Source: Azolla caroliniana
Taxonomy: Eukaryota; Plantae; Polypodiophyta
Reading direction: 5' to 3'
Assembly: GCA_043228905.1 (NCBI GenBank)
Contig: JBHGNT010000004.1
Coordinates: forward strand, 15,500,001 to 15,564,000
DNA: 64,000 bases
The notes under the pieces were generated by a model. The model was given only the letters and a program-made list of their open reading frames with translations. It had not been told where the DNA came from and ran no database searches. The position numbers and the translations under genes are program-made. Shown here piece after piece: positions 1-13,504 of the stretch; position 1 is the first letter of the stretch, and every line of letters begins with the position of its first letter.

Positions 1-386
1 GGTTTTGGTTGGCCAAAACCCTTTACGAGTAGCTAGCCCACCTTCACTCTTAGTTCAAGTTACCTTGAACTCTCTATGCTCCACACATAGACACAAAGAT
101 AATATCTTTTGCTCCACCTTATATATGATGAGAGCTGTATTTGTCGTGCCTATGTGGGATATCTCACAATTTTCTCTTTTCCTTTCACAAACTTTATACC
201 CTCATATCTTGACATTTAGTTGTCCGTTTCTCGTGTAATAAAGTGCATTCGAAACCTCCATCATTTTGTACTTAGATATTAAGTCTATTTAAAATGTTAT
301 CTTCACAATTATTGTACTATGTGATTCATACTCGATTTCGTACGTTTTATGGGATTTTCACACTATTGCAGAAAATCTTCACGACA
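1..386 (-). mobile_element. Partial LTR of the tRNA-Trp-primed Gypsy group (runs off the window start), inserted into a Copia RT
   Basis: Minus strand begins TGTCGTGAAGATTTTC, the same terminus as the LTRs ending at 3736, 32361, 36573 and 40463. It interrupts the Copia RT motif YLTITRPD. The adjacent host 4-mer is ACGT (387-390). Confidence 0.75.
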
Positions 387-3300
387 ACGTCGGGTCGGGT
401 GATGGTCAAATATATAAGGCTTCCGACAATTTGTTGGAACCGTTTCTCATCGCAGGCCGGTCCGGAGTTGGGACAAAGCTTCTTGTTTCGGTCCAAGGGT
501 GTTGGGACAGGTCGGCATTCTGTCATGCCAAACTTGTACAGCATATTCAACACATAGTGTCTTTGTGAGAGCAATATGCCATCGGGGGTTCGGATCACCT
601 CGATCCCAAGGAAATAGTGAAGGTCCCCTAGGTCCTTCATCTCAAATGCATCCAATAGCTGGGACATGACTCGACTGATTTCATCGAGTCCGAGTCCGGT
701 GATGACCAGATCATCAACATACAACAAGATGCAAACCAGACCGTCTAGTCCTTGCCGGATGAACAATGAAGAGTCAGATTTGGAGGCCACAAACCCCATC
801 TTACGCAACCGGTGCGTGCTCTTTGAATTCCAAGCTCGGGGGGCTTGCTTCAGGCCATAAAGTGACTTCTTCAGCCAACATATCGCCGACTTGTTCATCT
901 CCGACTAAAAACCAAGGGGTTGGGTCATAAAGACCTCTTCTTTAAGATCACCTTGAAGAAATGTATTCTTCATGTCCATTTCATGAAGATGCCGCCCCCT
1001 TGCCGCAGCAACCGCTAGCACCACACGAACTGTCGTCATCTTCGCTACCGGAGCGAAGGTCTCGTCGTAGTTTATTCCGTGGGTTTGCGCGTATCCCTTC
1101 GCCACTAACCAAGCCTTGTATCGGTTAACTGAACCGTCGGCGTTGTACTTTACCTTGTACACGCACTTGCATCCGATCAGTTTCAGTGACGGGGAGGGTC
1201 AACCAGGTCCCATGTGTCGTTGGCATCAAGTGCCCGCATCTCTTCCTGCATAGCGGCATGCCAATTTGCGTCCCTTACCGCTTCTCTATAGCTCTCTGGT
1301 TCACGCACTTCCGCCACCTTGGTCATGTACGCATAGTGATGCACCATGTACTCATTGTACCCGTGCCGCTTAACATGTTCCTTTTGCCAGGTTGATCGGC
1401 ATAACCCATTGTTACCCGGTTTGGGGCCCTTCTTGGCCGGGTCAGTCTTTGTTGCTGAAGAACCACCATTTTCCTTTCCGGAGTCGGATCCGCTCCGATC
1501 TGACTCAACATTACCGGTTTCATAATCCGACATCTTCGTCTTCCCCTTCTCTTTGCACGTGAACCGTCTCCTCGGTTCCTTACACGGGGAGAGCAGGACA
1601 GAGTCTGCACTACTCGCTGGTTCCTCATCTGACTGGTCGGATTGACCCAGTCTCTCGTTCGGCTCACTCAACTGAAACGATTCCGGACTCTCTTCTTGAG
1701 TCCCGGATTCATCATCTTCTACTTGGGCCGGTTCAGGCTCACTAGCCTCATCTTCTGACATCGGGTTGGGGTCGGAAGTCGGAGTTGGTAAGGAATACCA
1801 TGATGCTGTTTCATTGAACTCGACATCGCGGCTAACTCAGATCTACTTCGTCTCGGGGTTATAACACTTATACCCCCTTTGCTCATGTGAGTAGCCGACG
1901 AGGATGCACTTCTCTGATTTTGCATCCAGCTTCCTCCGCTTCTCATCCGGCACATGCACATATGCTATGCTGCCGAATATCCGAAGGTGTCTCAGATTCG
2001 GCTCGATCCCGAAATACAGCTCATGCGCGGACACCTTGTCACCGATCCGGTTTTGGATGTAGACGGCCGTCCGGACCGCCTCCGCCCAATAGACATGGGG
2101 CATGCTCTTCTCCTCCAACATCGCCCTTGCCGCGTCAATAAGCAACCGGTTCTTCCTCTCGGCTACACCATTCTGTTCTGGTGTGCATCTGTAGCTGAAC
2201 TCTCGCCGAATTCCTGTTTGCTGTAGATAACTATTGAATTGGCTAGAAAAATATTCTTTTCTGCCATCCGACCGCAGGCACTTGATCTTCCTCTCCAATT
2301 CCCGCTCCACCATGCTTTGGAGGTTCCGGAAACAGTCGAAGACTTTGCTCTTCCGCTCAACGAGGTAGATCCATGTGTGCCGACTGTAGTCGTCGATGAA
2401 GGAGACGAAATATCGACTCTCGCCAAGACTCACGTTTTGTGTCGGTCCCCATAAATCCAAATGAATAAGGTTGAGCTTGTTACGGCTAGGATTTCGTTCG
2501 GTGGGGAATGGAAGCCAGTGTTGCTTCCCGAGTTGGCAGGCTTCACATATTTGGGCGTTCCGGCCACTGAACTTCGGCAAATCGAAAACAACTTGTTTCG
2601 TTTGCAGGTCTTGAAGCCTCCGGTAATTGACATGGCCGATCCACTTGTGCCACAAGTCGATGTCCAATTCGACCTTCTGTCCTTTGGCGAACAAAGCGGT
2701 ACTGATGTCATTGGTGTTGAGGATGAACACCCTCCCATCTCTGCGCCCTTGCGCAATGATTTGGCCCTCTTCCTCGATGAAGTACCCGAGGTGCGTAAAC
2801 CGCACCTGCATCCCCTGGTCGACAATCTGTCCAACCGACACCAGGTTCTTCGTGATAGTCGGAACGTGTAATACATTCATCAACTTCCCCCTCTGTCCAA
2901 CGTGGCTCAAAGGGACTTCTCCGATATGTACGATTGGGTGAGGAGTGTCGTCTCCGGCGTCGCGAAGTTTCACGGGTACGTGTAGAATTCCAGGTGGGAC
3001 CACGGGGGTCTTGGACTAGGGAGTGACAGAGCGTAGAAAGTCGTGCTTCACCATTTCCGGGGCATCCCAGAAGCACACCGGAAGCAACCGAAGGGAGCGA
3101 GAGAGAGAGAGCAGGCATGCAACATTGACTCTCACACACGCACACAACATCGACCCAACTCGCGCCCTTATGTACATAAGCAAGAAAGAAACACTAAGAC
3201 ACACACACACACACCAACAGAGACACGAATATGCACAACCAAATGTATATGTATTTACAAGACAACGAGATTCAACACCGACTTCGAGCCGGACCTAGGT

Positions 3301-4850
3301 AGCGTAGGATACAACTGTTGTCTACTGCCAAGCCGCCGGTCGGGGAGTGCTCAGGCTCGTCGCTCCGAACGGGGGTCTTGCACAGAGAATAGGGCAGAAA
3401 ACAGAAACACTAGATGCCAAGGCTCGACACACAGAACGACGAAGAAGAAGCAGAGGAGAACAAGAAGAAACACTAAACCCAGAGAAAAGAAAGAGGAAGA
3501 GAGAACGTTTCTTCCTCTAACGGTATACCCTACTACCAAAAACACATGGGCAACCCTTCATAAGTTACCCCTCCCTTCCTTTTATAGCCCAAGGAGGGAG
3601 GGACCTTACAATGTGGGACAAAATTTCCCCTCTTATTTCTATACACCATTTCCTAGTACATGTGTGCACATGTTGCACACCACCGACTTGCCCTTTTCAC
3701 CCCGGTTTTCGCTTATGGACGAAAATCTTCACGACACCGGTTTCGAAAACTCTCGGTTGATCCGGTTTCTCCAGATATGAGAACCACTCTTCGTGGCTCA
3801 TCATGTGGTTCGACGCACTGGAATCAACATACCATACTTCCTCCGATTTGGAAGTGGTCTTCTTCATCGAATTTGCCTCGTGCTTCATCACCAAGGCCGA
3901 CCCCTTACCGGTCTTCCCAGTTCCGGATCCTTTTGATCCTTGTACGTAGTGCGAGCTGTGCCGGTTCACCTGACCGGTTTTGCCGGATCTAGATCTGTCC
4001 AAATCGGTGTGCTTCTTCCAACACTCGCTTTCTCTATGGCCCTTTTTGCCACAGTACTAGCATTCCGTGGTGTATTTGTCTTGCCGGCCTCCGGCGCCGC
4101 CTTGACTCCCTCTGCTTGTGGAAGTCCCGGAACTGTTGTCGGCACTTTCTCTATGCCTTCTTTCCTGCTCTTGCCGGCCACCTCGAGTGCATGGCGACCC
4201 ACCTCGTCCCCCAACCCATGGGGCCTATCCGCCTCCATGTATAGCATCCGGTTGTCCGATTGAGTGGTCCTGAACCCACTCGCGTGATTTTCTTCGACCA
4301 TCAACATCGATTGCAAGTCGAAGAAGTTTGGTGGTTCCTCCTGGGTGTTGATCGCCGTCTGGATTGGCCTGTACCTTTGCGCTAGACCACCAAGGAAGAT
4401 TTGTACCATTTCGTCTTCGTCCACCATCACGTTGATGGACCCGAGCGCGTCACAAATCTCCTTTATTTTGGTGGTGTAGTCCGTAACCGACATATCTCTT
4501 TGTCGGATGTTGTTCAGCTCTTGTCGGAGCTACAACTTACGGGTTGTGGTACTTGCGGCGAAAATCTTACGCAGATTTTCCCAGGCCTCCTTCGGTGTCT
4601 TTGCATCCCTGATGTAGCCGAGCATCTGGTTGTGCACATAGGACGTGAGGCAGTATAATACTCGGCTCACTCCCTGCTCCCATATTGGGAAGTCCTTGTG
4701 TCCAGGCTCTGGTGCTACCTCATTCGTTCCTTCCACGAAACTCCAATACCCATGCCCTAGTAGGTACTGGTGCATTTTGTATCACCAGGACGCATAGTTG
4801 CTCCGGTCGAGCTTCTCTGTAGGAAGTGAACTCGCCATACCTCTGTCCAT
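387..4850 (-). pseudogene. Degenerate copia gag-pol (gag, PR WYVDSSASNHM, IN, RT LLYVDDL)
   Basis: ORF fragments 4530-4775, 3966-4493, 3697-4002, 1843-3003, 1183-1761, 905-1162 and 347-898, separated by stops and frameshifts. Confidence 0.92.
2958..3736 (-). mobile_element. Solo LTR of the Trp-primed Gypsy group
   Basis: Plus strand reads (c)GTCGCG...GAAAATCTTCACGACA. 4-bp TSD CCGG (2954-2957 and 3737-3740). Removing it restores the Copia ETGDD sequence. Homologous to LTRs 31506-32361 and 39696-40463. Confidence 0.9.
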
Positions 4851-4939
4851 ATTTTTTTCTGTCTACGGTTCTGTTCTCACAACCTATAGGGTTTGTCTTG
4901 CGAAAGCAAATGTCGGTTGCAGAGATCTTCAACCCTCGC

Positions 4940-4951
4940 GCTCTGATACCA
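4940..4951 (-). promoter_or_regulatory. Primer-binding site (tRNA-iMet)
   Basis: Minus strand TGGTATCAGAGC directly after the LTR terminal CA. Confidence 0.92.
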
Positions 4952-5372
4952 TGTTGAAATGTATGTGCGGAAGCAATAGAAAACATAAAACAGAAAACAG
5001 GTTTAATGGAGAGCTTAACAGTATGCGGGAGAGATAGAGAGAGCAGAATGTTTTAATCTATTACGAAACAATAATAGTTCTCTGTACATGAAACGTGCTC
5101 AACAACACTATTTATACAAGTCCTGAGAGGACTGACAGAAGTACCGCGTACTTCAATGCTCACTCGAGCATCTAACACTGACTACGAGACTATTAACTCC
5201 CTAGTAGTCTAGCTGCTACTAGGCTTCCGGTTATTGATGGATCTGGCTAACCGGCTCCCTAGCTCACCAGCTCACTTTCTCACCAGGTCACCGATCCGGC
5301 TCATCCTTCCGGATGCCAATCTGGCTCAGGCTTATTCAGCCGACCGGATCCGGTTGAGCTTGTTGCTCAACA
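4952..5372 (-). repeat. 5' LTR of copia family A
   Basis: TGTTGA...TCAACA termini. Homologous to 55108-55577. Confidence 0.9.
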
Positions 5373-6520
5373 CTTACCAATTCCAAGTAAGCCGTGGCAG
5401 TCCATTTGTCTTGATTTTATCATGGATCTTCCAATCTCGAAGGGTTTCGATGCTAGCTTAACCGTTGTCAATCGATATACTAAGATGGCACATTTTGTGC
5501 CTTGTACTAAGGCCATCACTAGTGAGGAAACCGCAACCCTTGTCATGCATGAGGTATTTCGGTATCATCAGTGACCAAGGACCTCAATTCGTCTCCAAAT
5601 TTTGGAAGCATCTCTTCAAGATGCTCAAGGTCTCTTTCAACCTCTCCTCCGGCTACCATCCCCAAACCGATGGGCAAGCGGAACGAACGAATCAAACGCT
5701 GGAACAATATCTTCAGTGTTTTCTGAGTTATCAACAAGACGATTGGGCTAATATTCTCCACTTTGCGGAGTTTGCATATAACAACGCTATTCACTCCTCG
5801 ACTCGGGTCTCGCCATTTTACACTTATACCGGTTCTCATCCTCGTTGGTATGTGATCGACACTCCGGAGCTACCTACCAATCCTCGTGTCGGGGATCATC
5901 TGGAGAGGCTACGGAAGATTCAGACGGATCTATCTACTCATCTTCGTCATGCTCAACACACTCAGAAGACTTACGCAGATCTTCATCAGCTTCCCTCCTC
6001 TTTTGCCATCTGAGATCGAGTATGGCTCTTACGTCGTCATATCAAGACAACTCGACCGTGCGACAAATTGGATTATCGACGACTCGGTCCTTTCCATATT
6101 ATCGGCAAAATTAATGATGTCATGTTCCGCCTTGATCTTCCTCTGCACCTTCAAATACATCCGGTCTTTCCATAGTTTTCTTCTCGAACCTTATCAGGCC
6201 AACACTATTCCCGACCGTGTTACACCACCGTCGCCCCCGCTTGAGTTGCACACTGGCCCGGAGTATGAAGTTGTTGCCATCCTCGACTCCAAGTTTACTC
6301 GCAACAAACTTTATTATTTGGTCGATTGGCTCGCAACAAAATTTATTTGGTAGATTTACTCGCAACAAACTTTATTATTTGGGCGAACGTACTTAGGAAC
6401 CCATCGAGCATGTCACCAATGCTCAAGATCTTCTTGCTGATTTCCACCGAAAGTATCCAGACAAACCCGGTCCACAATCAGCGCTGATTCATGATTCTCG
6501 TCATCTTGAAGGGGGGATAG
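5373..6520 (+). pseudogene. Chromovirus (Tcn1/Tf1-like) integrase plus chromodomain, degenerate
   Basis: ISDQGPQF...YHPQTDGQAERTNQTLEQYL integrase core. EYEVVAILDS...YLVDW chromodomain. PPT GAAGGGGGGATAG at 6508-6520. Confidence 0.9.
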
Positions 6521-6818
6521 TGTCATGATATGGCACGACTCGAACCCATAACCTTATGTTATATGGGTCGAGCTCTTGACCATTACATTATCTATTGTAA
6601 CACGTAAGATAGTATTTTCATTTAAGTTTTACTATAGAAAATTATCGTATATTCCAGATTTCTCTGGAACATTCTAGAAGCTTCAAGACTATTCCTGAGA
6701 ACACTATAAAAAGAGGCACAAGGCATTATTTCAAACCAAATTGGTTCAACGCTAGTCTTAAGCCTCATAGCTATTTTGTACTCACTCTTCACATAATATA
6801 TCATCTGTTATCATCATC

Positions 6819-6854
<36 letters not shown>

Positions 6855-6959
6855 CGTTATCTCTCTCTTGTGAGTCTTACGCAGTTCGCCCTCTTAGTAT
6901 TAATAGTACTTCCCTTCTCTAGTACTAATTCTCTCTTTGTTTTAGTACTATTCCTGACA
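6521..6959 (+). repeat. 3' LTR of the chromovirus, inserted within the 5' LTR of copia family B
   Basis: TGTCA...TGACA termini directly after the PPT, with a TATAAAA box. Followed by sequence homologous to the 3' part of LTR 11593-12190. Confidence 0.82.
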
Positions 6960-9900
6960 GTTGCCTCTTTGTCTCCCCTTTGTATTTCCTCTTAGATTAG
7001 GGTTTTTCCCTATTAGGGTTTTCCATGTAAACATCTTGTGTACTCTCTATTGTTTGTGTGTGTACGCGCGTTCACTCCCTACTTCCCATTTCTGTGTTTG
7101 ATTCTCATTGAAGTGATTCAAGACTCGGTTGTGGCCAAGAAATATTCCGCGCTATTCTCTACAAACTGGTATTAGAGCGAACAACACAGGAAATGGAAGA
7201 ATCGTTCGGCGATATGTTTAAGGTCACCGGCTCCAACTACTCAGTGTGGAAGTCGAAGATGAGGGATATGCTGGTGGTTAAAGATCTTTGGTTTCCGGTT
7301 CAGTTCGGGGACAAGAGACCGGATAAGATCGATGCAACAGTGTGGGAGGTGATGCACATAAAGATGACAGCATACATCCGGTGCTTCATCGACATGAGCC
7401 TGTACAAAAATTTCAATGAAGAGAGCAAGGCTCATGAACTCTGGGAGAATATCGACATCATGTTCCAGAAAAAGAATGCTTTTAATCGGGTTTCGGTATT
7501 CTTGAAGCTAGCGAGGCTCCGGTACCAAGACAGCTCCAGTATGTCAGAGCACATGAATGCCTTCCAGGGACTGATAAATCAAGCAACCTCGTTGGAAGTA
7601 CCTCTCGCCGATGAGGTGCTCACATTACTCCTGCTCAGTTCCCTCCCGGATAGTTGGGAGACGCTAGTTGTCACGTTGAGCAACGCCGGGCCGGAAGGAA
7701 AACTGTTGTCCCTAGCAAGGGTAAAATCAAGCTTGCTAGATGAAGAAGCTCACCGGAAGGACCAGGAGTCCAGAACTGATTTGAAGGCCTTAGTCACGGA
7801 AGATGACCACACCCAGGGAAGAGGCTGGTATCAGAGTCCCCAAAACCGGGACAAATCGAGGACGAGGTTGAAGTCAAGGGGGAGGCCTTCCTTCTTCTAC
7901 TGTGGGAAGCCGGGCCATTTCCAGAAGAATTGTCAGCATTTCCGAAAAGAGAAAGAAACCGGCACTACCGATTCGAAGAAGAGTTTGGACCGAAACGGTT
8001 CGGACCAGAGAGGCTCCGATCGGACAAGAACGTCGGCAATCGCAACAAGTGAAGAGGAATTGATGCTCATTACCGAGGAGAATGAGTTAAACCTTGTTGG
8101 CGAAGAGACAACGTGGGTTGTCGATTTTGGAGTGTCATTCTACCTGACACCGGATCGGAAATGCTTCTCATCCTACACAGTCGGTGATCATGGTTGTGTC
8201 CGGATGGGGAATGAACGTACATGCCAAATTATCGGCATAGGAGATGTGTTGTTGACGACATCAATCGGATGCAAGTTGCTGCTGAAGGATGTCCGACACG
8301 TTCCGGAGGTTCGACCGAACCTGATATCAGCCAGTCGGCTAGATGATAAAGGCTACACGGGGAGCATCCGGAACGGAGTCATGAAGTTCAGCAAGGGAAG
8401 CTTGATTGTGGGGAAGATCAACACGTTGTACCTGATGCATGCCTGGATATGCTGGGAAGAAGTGAACCTAGCATTCGACACTATCGGTGAGTTGTGGCAC
8501 AAGAGACTATGTCATATGAGCCAAAAGGGGATGAGAAGACAACCTCATTTCGGAGGTGAAATATGTGCATCTTGAGAAGTGCACCGATTGTTTGGCCGGC
8601 AAGAAAAACCGAACCTCCTTCCTGTCAAGACCACCGATGAGACAAAATGCACCATTGGAGCTGGTGGATACCGATGTGTGTCAAGTGGACACGAAGTCAC
8701 ATGCCGGATCACAGTACTTCGTGACATTCATAGATGACCACAACCGGAAGCTGTGGGTCTCACCACTGAAGGCAAAGGATTAGGTGTTGTCTTTCTTCAA
8801 GGAGCTCCACACAAGAGTGGAAAGAGAAACCGGCTGGAAGCTGAAGGCGGTTCGAGCAGATAACGAAGGAGAATACCGGGGGCAGTTCGAGGACTACTAT
8901 TGGTCGAAGGGAATCCGGCTCGAATTTACTGTGCTGAAGACACCAGAACTAAACAGGTTGGCCGAAAGGATGACCCAGACCAAATGCTGAGAGTTCGAAG
9001 CATGCTTGCACATGCCAAGTTACCCAAGAAGTTTTGGGTTGAGGTGCTGATGACGACGACCTATGTGATAAACAGATCACCCTCAGTACCCTTGGAAGGA
9101 GACTCACCGTAGAAAGTATGGACCGGTAAAGATGTATCTTACCGGCATCTGAAGGTGTTCGAGTGTCTCGCCTATGTGCATGTGGCAAAGGACAAGAGAG
9201 AAAAATTGGATCCGAAGTTCCGGCCATGCACATTCCTTGGATAAGGCGATGATGAGTTCGGTTACCGGGTGTGGGATTTGGTCGACACGAAGGTGTTCCG
9301 GAGTCGGGACATAGTCTTCATGAAAGACAAGACCATTGCCGACTGGGAGTCGCAGAAGAAGGTGATGAACTCCGGATCATCCAATGAAAACCGGCTTGAG
9401 GACACAAGGACTTACCCGGTTGAAAACCGGATGACACTCGACGAACTGGCCGGATACGGACAAGAAACCGAACCGACCGAAGAAGAAGGAGGAGGAGGAG
9501 ACACCGGAACCAGACAAGATCCCGAATCGGATTCGAATTCGGAACAAACGGAGGAACCGATAGTCAAAAACCAAGGACGGAGATAACCTCTCCGAGAGAG
9601 AAGAGCCCCTCGGAGATTCCCGGATGCAGAACACGTATTGTTGACCGATGAGGGGGAGCCAGAAAGCTTCGAAGAAGCAGAGAAAGACACCCACAACCGC
9701 AAGTGGTTGAGTGCCATGCAGGACAAGATGGATTCCCTGCATGAGAACCACACGTATGAACTGACGGAGTTGCCGAAAGTAAAGAGGGCAGTCTAGAACA
9801 AGTGGATGTACGAGTTAAAACTAGGAGATGCCAGAAACCCACCGAGATACAAAGCCCAGATTGCGGTGAAGGGGTTCCAACAGAAGAAAGGAGTGGATTT

Positions 9901-10131
9901 CGACGAGATCTTTGCCCCGGTAGTTAAGATGACTTCCATTCGGACGGTGCTGAGCATAGTGGCAAGCATGGACCTCAAGGTAGAGCAGCTAGACGTAAAG
10001 ACAACATTCCTCCATGGTGACCTCAAAGAGGAGATCTACATGCAACAACCAGAAGGATTTGTGAAGAAAGGAAAGGAGCATTTGGTGTGCCGGTTGAAGA
10101 AGAACTTATACTGACTGAAGCAAGCTCCCAG

Positions 10132-10530
10132 TCAATGGTACCTGAAGTTTGACTCCTTCATGACCAACCAAGGGTACCACAAGACGCAGGCTGATCACTG
10201 CGTGTTTGTGAAGAAATTTGACGGAGGGGATTTCCTGATACTCCTCCTATATGTGGATGATATGTTGATCGTTGGACGAGACCAATGCAAGATTCGGATG
10301 CTGAAGAACGCTCTGAACCGGACCTTCTCAATGGTACCAGAGGTTTGACTCCTTCATGACCGGCCAAGGGTACGACAAGACGCAGGCCGATCACTGCGTG
10401 TTTGTGAAGAAATTTGACGGAGGATATTTCCTGATACTCCTCCTATATGTGGATGATATGTTGATCGTCAGACGAGACCAAGGCAAGATTCAGATGCTGA
10501 AGAACGCTCTGAACCAGACCTTCTCAATGA
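10132..10530 (+). repeat. 196-bp tandem duplication spanning the RT YVDD motif
   Basis: TCAATGGTACC starts at 10132 and again at 10328. Both copies encode ...LLLYVDDML... Confidence 0.9.
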
Positions 10531-11198
10531 AAGACTTGGGTCCGGCAAGGCAAATATTAGGAATGCACATCATCTGGGTCCGTTCAAAGAAGTTATTGTG
10601 GTTGTCATAGGAGAAGTACGTGATAAAGGTGCTTCAATGGTTCAACATGTCGGAGGCGAAACCGGTTGGATCAACACTTCCAACAAACTGCAAGCTTTCC
10701 GGAAAACAAAGTCTGAGGACAAAGGTGGAGAAGACGGATATGATGAAGATACCATATGCCTCTACCATCGGAAGCTTGATGTACGCGATGGTATCCAGCC
10801 GGATATCGGATATGCAGTCAGAGTGGTGAGCGGGTTCATGAGCAATCCCGGAAGAGAGCACTGGAACGCAGTAAAGTGGGTACTCCGCTATTTGAAAGAC
10901 ACCTCGGGTATGTGCCTCTGATTCGGCTCCGGTAAATCCCTCTTGGAAGGCTTCACCGATTCGGATATGTCGGCTGATGCGGATACCAACCGGTCTACAT
11001 CCGAATATGTCATGACTTATGAAGGGGGAGTTGTTTCGTGGCAGTCGAGGCTATAGAAGACGGTTGGATTGTCAACCACGGAGGCTGAGTACATGGCAGC
11101 TGTGGAAGCCGACAAGGAGATAATCTGGATGAATGACTTCATTGGAGAGGTAGGGATCCAATAGGAGGAATACCGGTTCTACTGTGACAATCAAAGTG

Positions 11199-11526
11199 CC
11201 ATCCACCTTGCAAGGAACGCGGCCTACCATTCCCGGATGAAACATATCCAGCGGAGGTACCATTGGATCCAGGAGAGAGTAGAAGATCAAGAGGTCGTGT
11301 TGACGAAGATCCACACAGAGGAGAACGGGTCGGATATGCTGACCAAGGTGTTGAAAAACGACCATCCACCTTGCGAGGAACGTGGCCTACCATTCCCGGA
11401 CGAAACATATCCAATGGAGGTACCATTGGATCCGGGAGAGAGTAGAAGATCAAGAGTTCGTGCTAATGAAGATCCACACGGAGGAGAACATGTCGGATAT
11501 GCTAACCGAGGTGTTGAAAACCGACA
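11199..11526 (+). repeat. About 163-bp tandem duplication in the RNase H region
   Basis: CCATCCACCTTGC at 11199 and 11362. KHIQ..YHWI.ERVEDQE is encoded twice. Confidence 0.88.
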
Positions 11527-11592
11527 AGTTGGATGCGTGCCGAAAGCGGATCGGGTTGACGAGACATCCCATGCTGGAGTTAAGGGGGAGAT

Positions 11593-11845
11593 TGTTGGGA
11601 AGTCGGTCCCTCCGGATGGGATTCAGTTATGAATGAAGAGGACCTGGTGAGAACAGGAAGAGATCCGGAAACCAAATTGGATGGACCTGGTGAGAACCGG
11701 AAGAAAAGACATATTTGTAAATATGTTTTGAGTAAGCCTATTGAGGCTATATTTGTAAATAGCCCTAAGTTCATATGAGTATAAATATGACCGAGGGCAA
11801 TCACAGAAAGTGTGTTGTCATATTGTTGTATGTGTATAAGCGTTG

Positions 11846-11897
<52 letters not shown>

Positions 11898-12190
11898 TTA
11901 CGAGAAATTTCTGTTGTAACCGCCCCGCCGTCTAGCGAAGATCGAGAGCACGAAGTCATTGCCTCTGTGTCTCCACTTTGTATTCCCTCTCATATAGTTC
12001 AATAGTTCGGAGTTTGTGGGTTCCCGTGGTTTTTCCCAATTAGGGTTTTCCACGTAAACATCCTGTGTACTCTCTATTGTTCGTGTGTGTACGTGCGTTC
12101 ACTGCCTACTTCCCATTTCTGTGTTTGATTCTCATTGAAGTGATTCAAGACTCAGTTGTGGCCAAGCAATATTCCGCGCTATTCTCTACA
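11593..12190 (+). repeat. 3' LTR of copia family B, containing (AG)n
   Basis: TGTTGGGA...CTCTACA. Its 3' end matches 7000-7163. Confidence 0.9.
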
Positions 12191-13504
12191 AACCTCTTGG
12201 TCTCCATTGGGCAACCCTACCAACTAAACTACATCCATCTATGCATCCTTGTATAAAATCCAACTTCATGTATGGTAGATTGAACATTGGAAGTTCCTAG
12301 CTTGCATGCATCCTCATGCATTCTCTTTTCCTAACTTGCATACATGCATTGTCTATTCCTAGCTTGCATGCATCTTCATGCATTCTCTATTCCTAGCTAG
12401 CATACATACCTCTACCTTCTTGTATAAATACTCAGGTGCACCTTGATTCTAATCAAGGTGAACAACACCAGTTACGGAATCATAAGTCAAGTTCTTGTTC
12501 TTTTTCTCTCTCCTAGGTCTTAGTCTCGTCTTGTTCCTACTCTATTATACTCGTCCTTGACAGTTTTTTCACCTTCCCATATTGCTACCATGTCCGAATC
12601 TGTCGACAACCTAAACCAAGTAATGGCATCCTTGCAACAACTTCAACTCGAAAATGAAATCCTTCAGGAATCATTACGGTAGCTTCAATCCGTCACATCA
12701 AGAAACCCACCACCCGTCGAGCCACAACTACCATTGGCACCTAGCCCAACCACTTCTGCTTCCCATCCATATGTCCTTGAACCCACCGTCAAGATACCGG
12801 ACAAATTCAACGGCACGAGGGCGCATCTTCGCAGCTTCATCAATCAAATTCGGCTAATCATTCGATTACAGCCCCAACGGTATGCTAACGACTTTTCTCA
12901 GGTTGGCCTCATTGGCACCCTTCTCTTTGGGCCCACGCAAGCATGGTTTGCACCCTTGGTCGAGACCTCATCCCCTCTCTTAGAAAACTTCACTGCTTTC
13001 CTTGTTGAACTTGAAGCTACATTCGGTGAGACAGACCAACGACGAATGGCACTCACAAAGCTCTATTCCTTCCAACAAGGCTCACGTCTGGCCTTTGTCT
13101 ATGCTTTAGAGTTCCGCCAGATTGCCTGCAATATCAGTTGGGATGACCAAGCCTTATGTGACCATTTTCGTCATGGTCTCCGAAACGATGTCAAGACTCT
13201 TCTCTTGAACTTTCCGGAGCCCACATCGTTGTCTCAAGTAATCTCCTAACCTGTCCAATGTGATAATCTTCTATTTGAACTTTGTCAGGAAGAATGTGGG
13301 ACTCGCGGATTTTAGTCCTCATGAAACGCATCAATAGCCAGGCCCTACATCTTAGTTTCACCCCCCACTCCAACCTTACCATCACCCAATGATACTCATC
13401 CTACAATGGATGTTGATTCCCATACCCCGATGGAGATCGACCACGCTCAGTTCCAACCACTAACTAATGCCCAACGCCAACATCGTCATGACAATGGCCT
13501 CTGT

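Larger units (their letters stand above)
387..5372 (-). mobile_element. Ty1/copia element (family A), 5' portion, inserted into a chromovirus integrase
   Basis: 5' LTR 4952-5372, iMet PBS, and gag-PR-IN-RT order on the minus strand. LTR and proteins are homologous to the element at 20283-55577. Confidence 0.92.
7193..11580 (+). pseudogene. Copia gag-pol polyprotein with many stops and frameshifts
   Basis: Degenerate zinc knuckle FFYCGKPGHFQKNC, LWHKRLCHMS, YFVTFIDDH, LLYVDDML and KHIQ motifs. Confidence 0.92.
6960..12190 (+). mobile_element. Ty1/copia element (family B, Tnt1/Tork-like), degenerate
   Basis: Partial 5' LTR 6960-7163, PBS TGGTATTAGAGC 7167-7178, gag-PR-IN-RT-RH, PPT AAGGGGGAG near 11582-11590, 3' LTR 11593-12190. 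Confidence 0.92.

Noticed and set aside
3043-3780. 245-aa ORF and similar ORFs at 31183-32244 and 39467-40297
   Set aside because: They lie inside LTRs rich in CA, AG and GAA repeats and are not conserved in frame between LTR copies.
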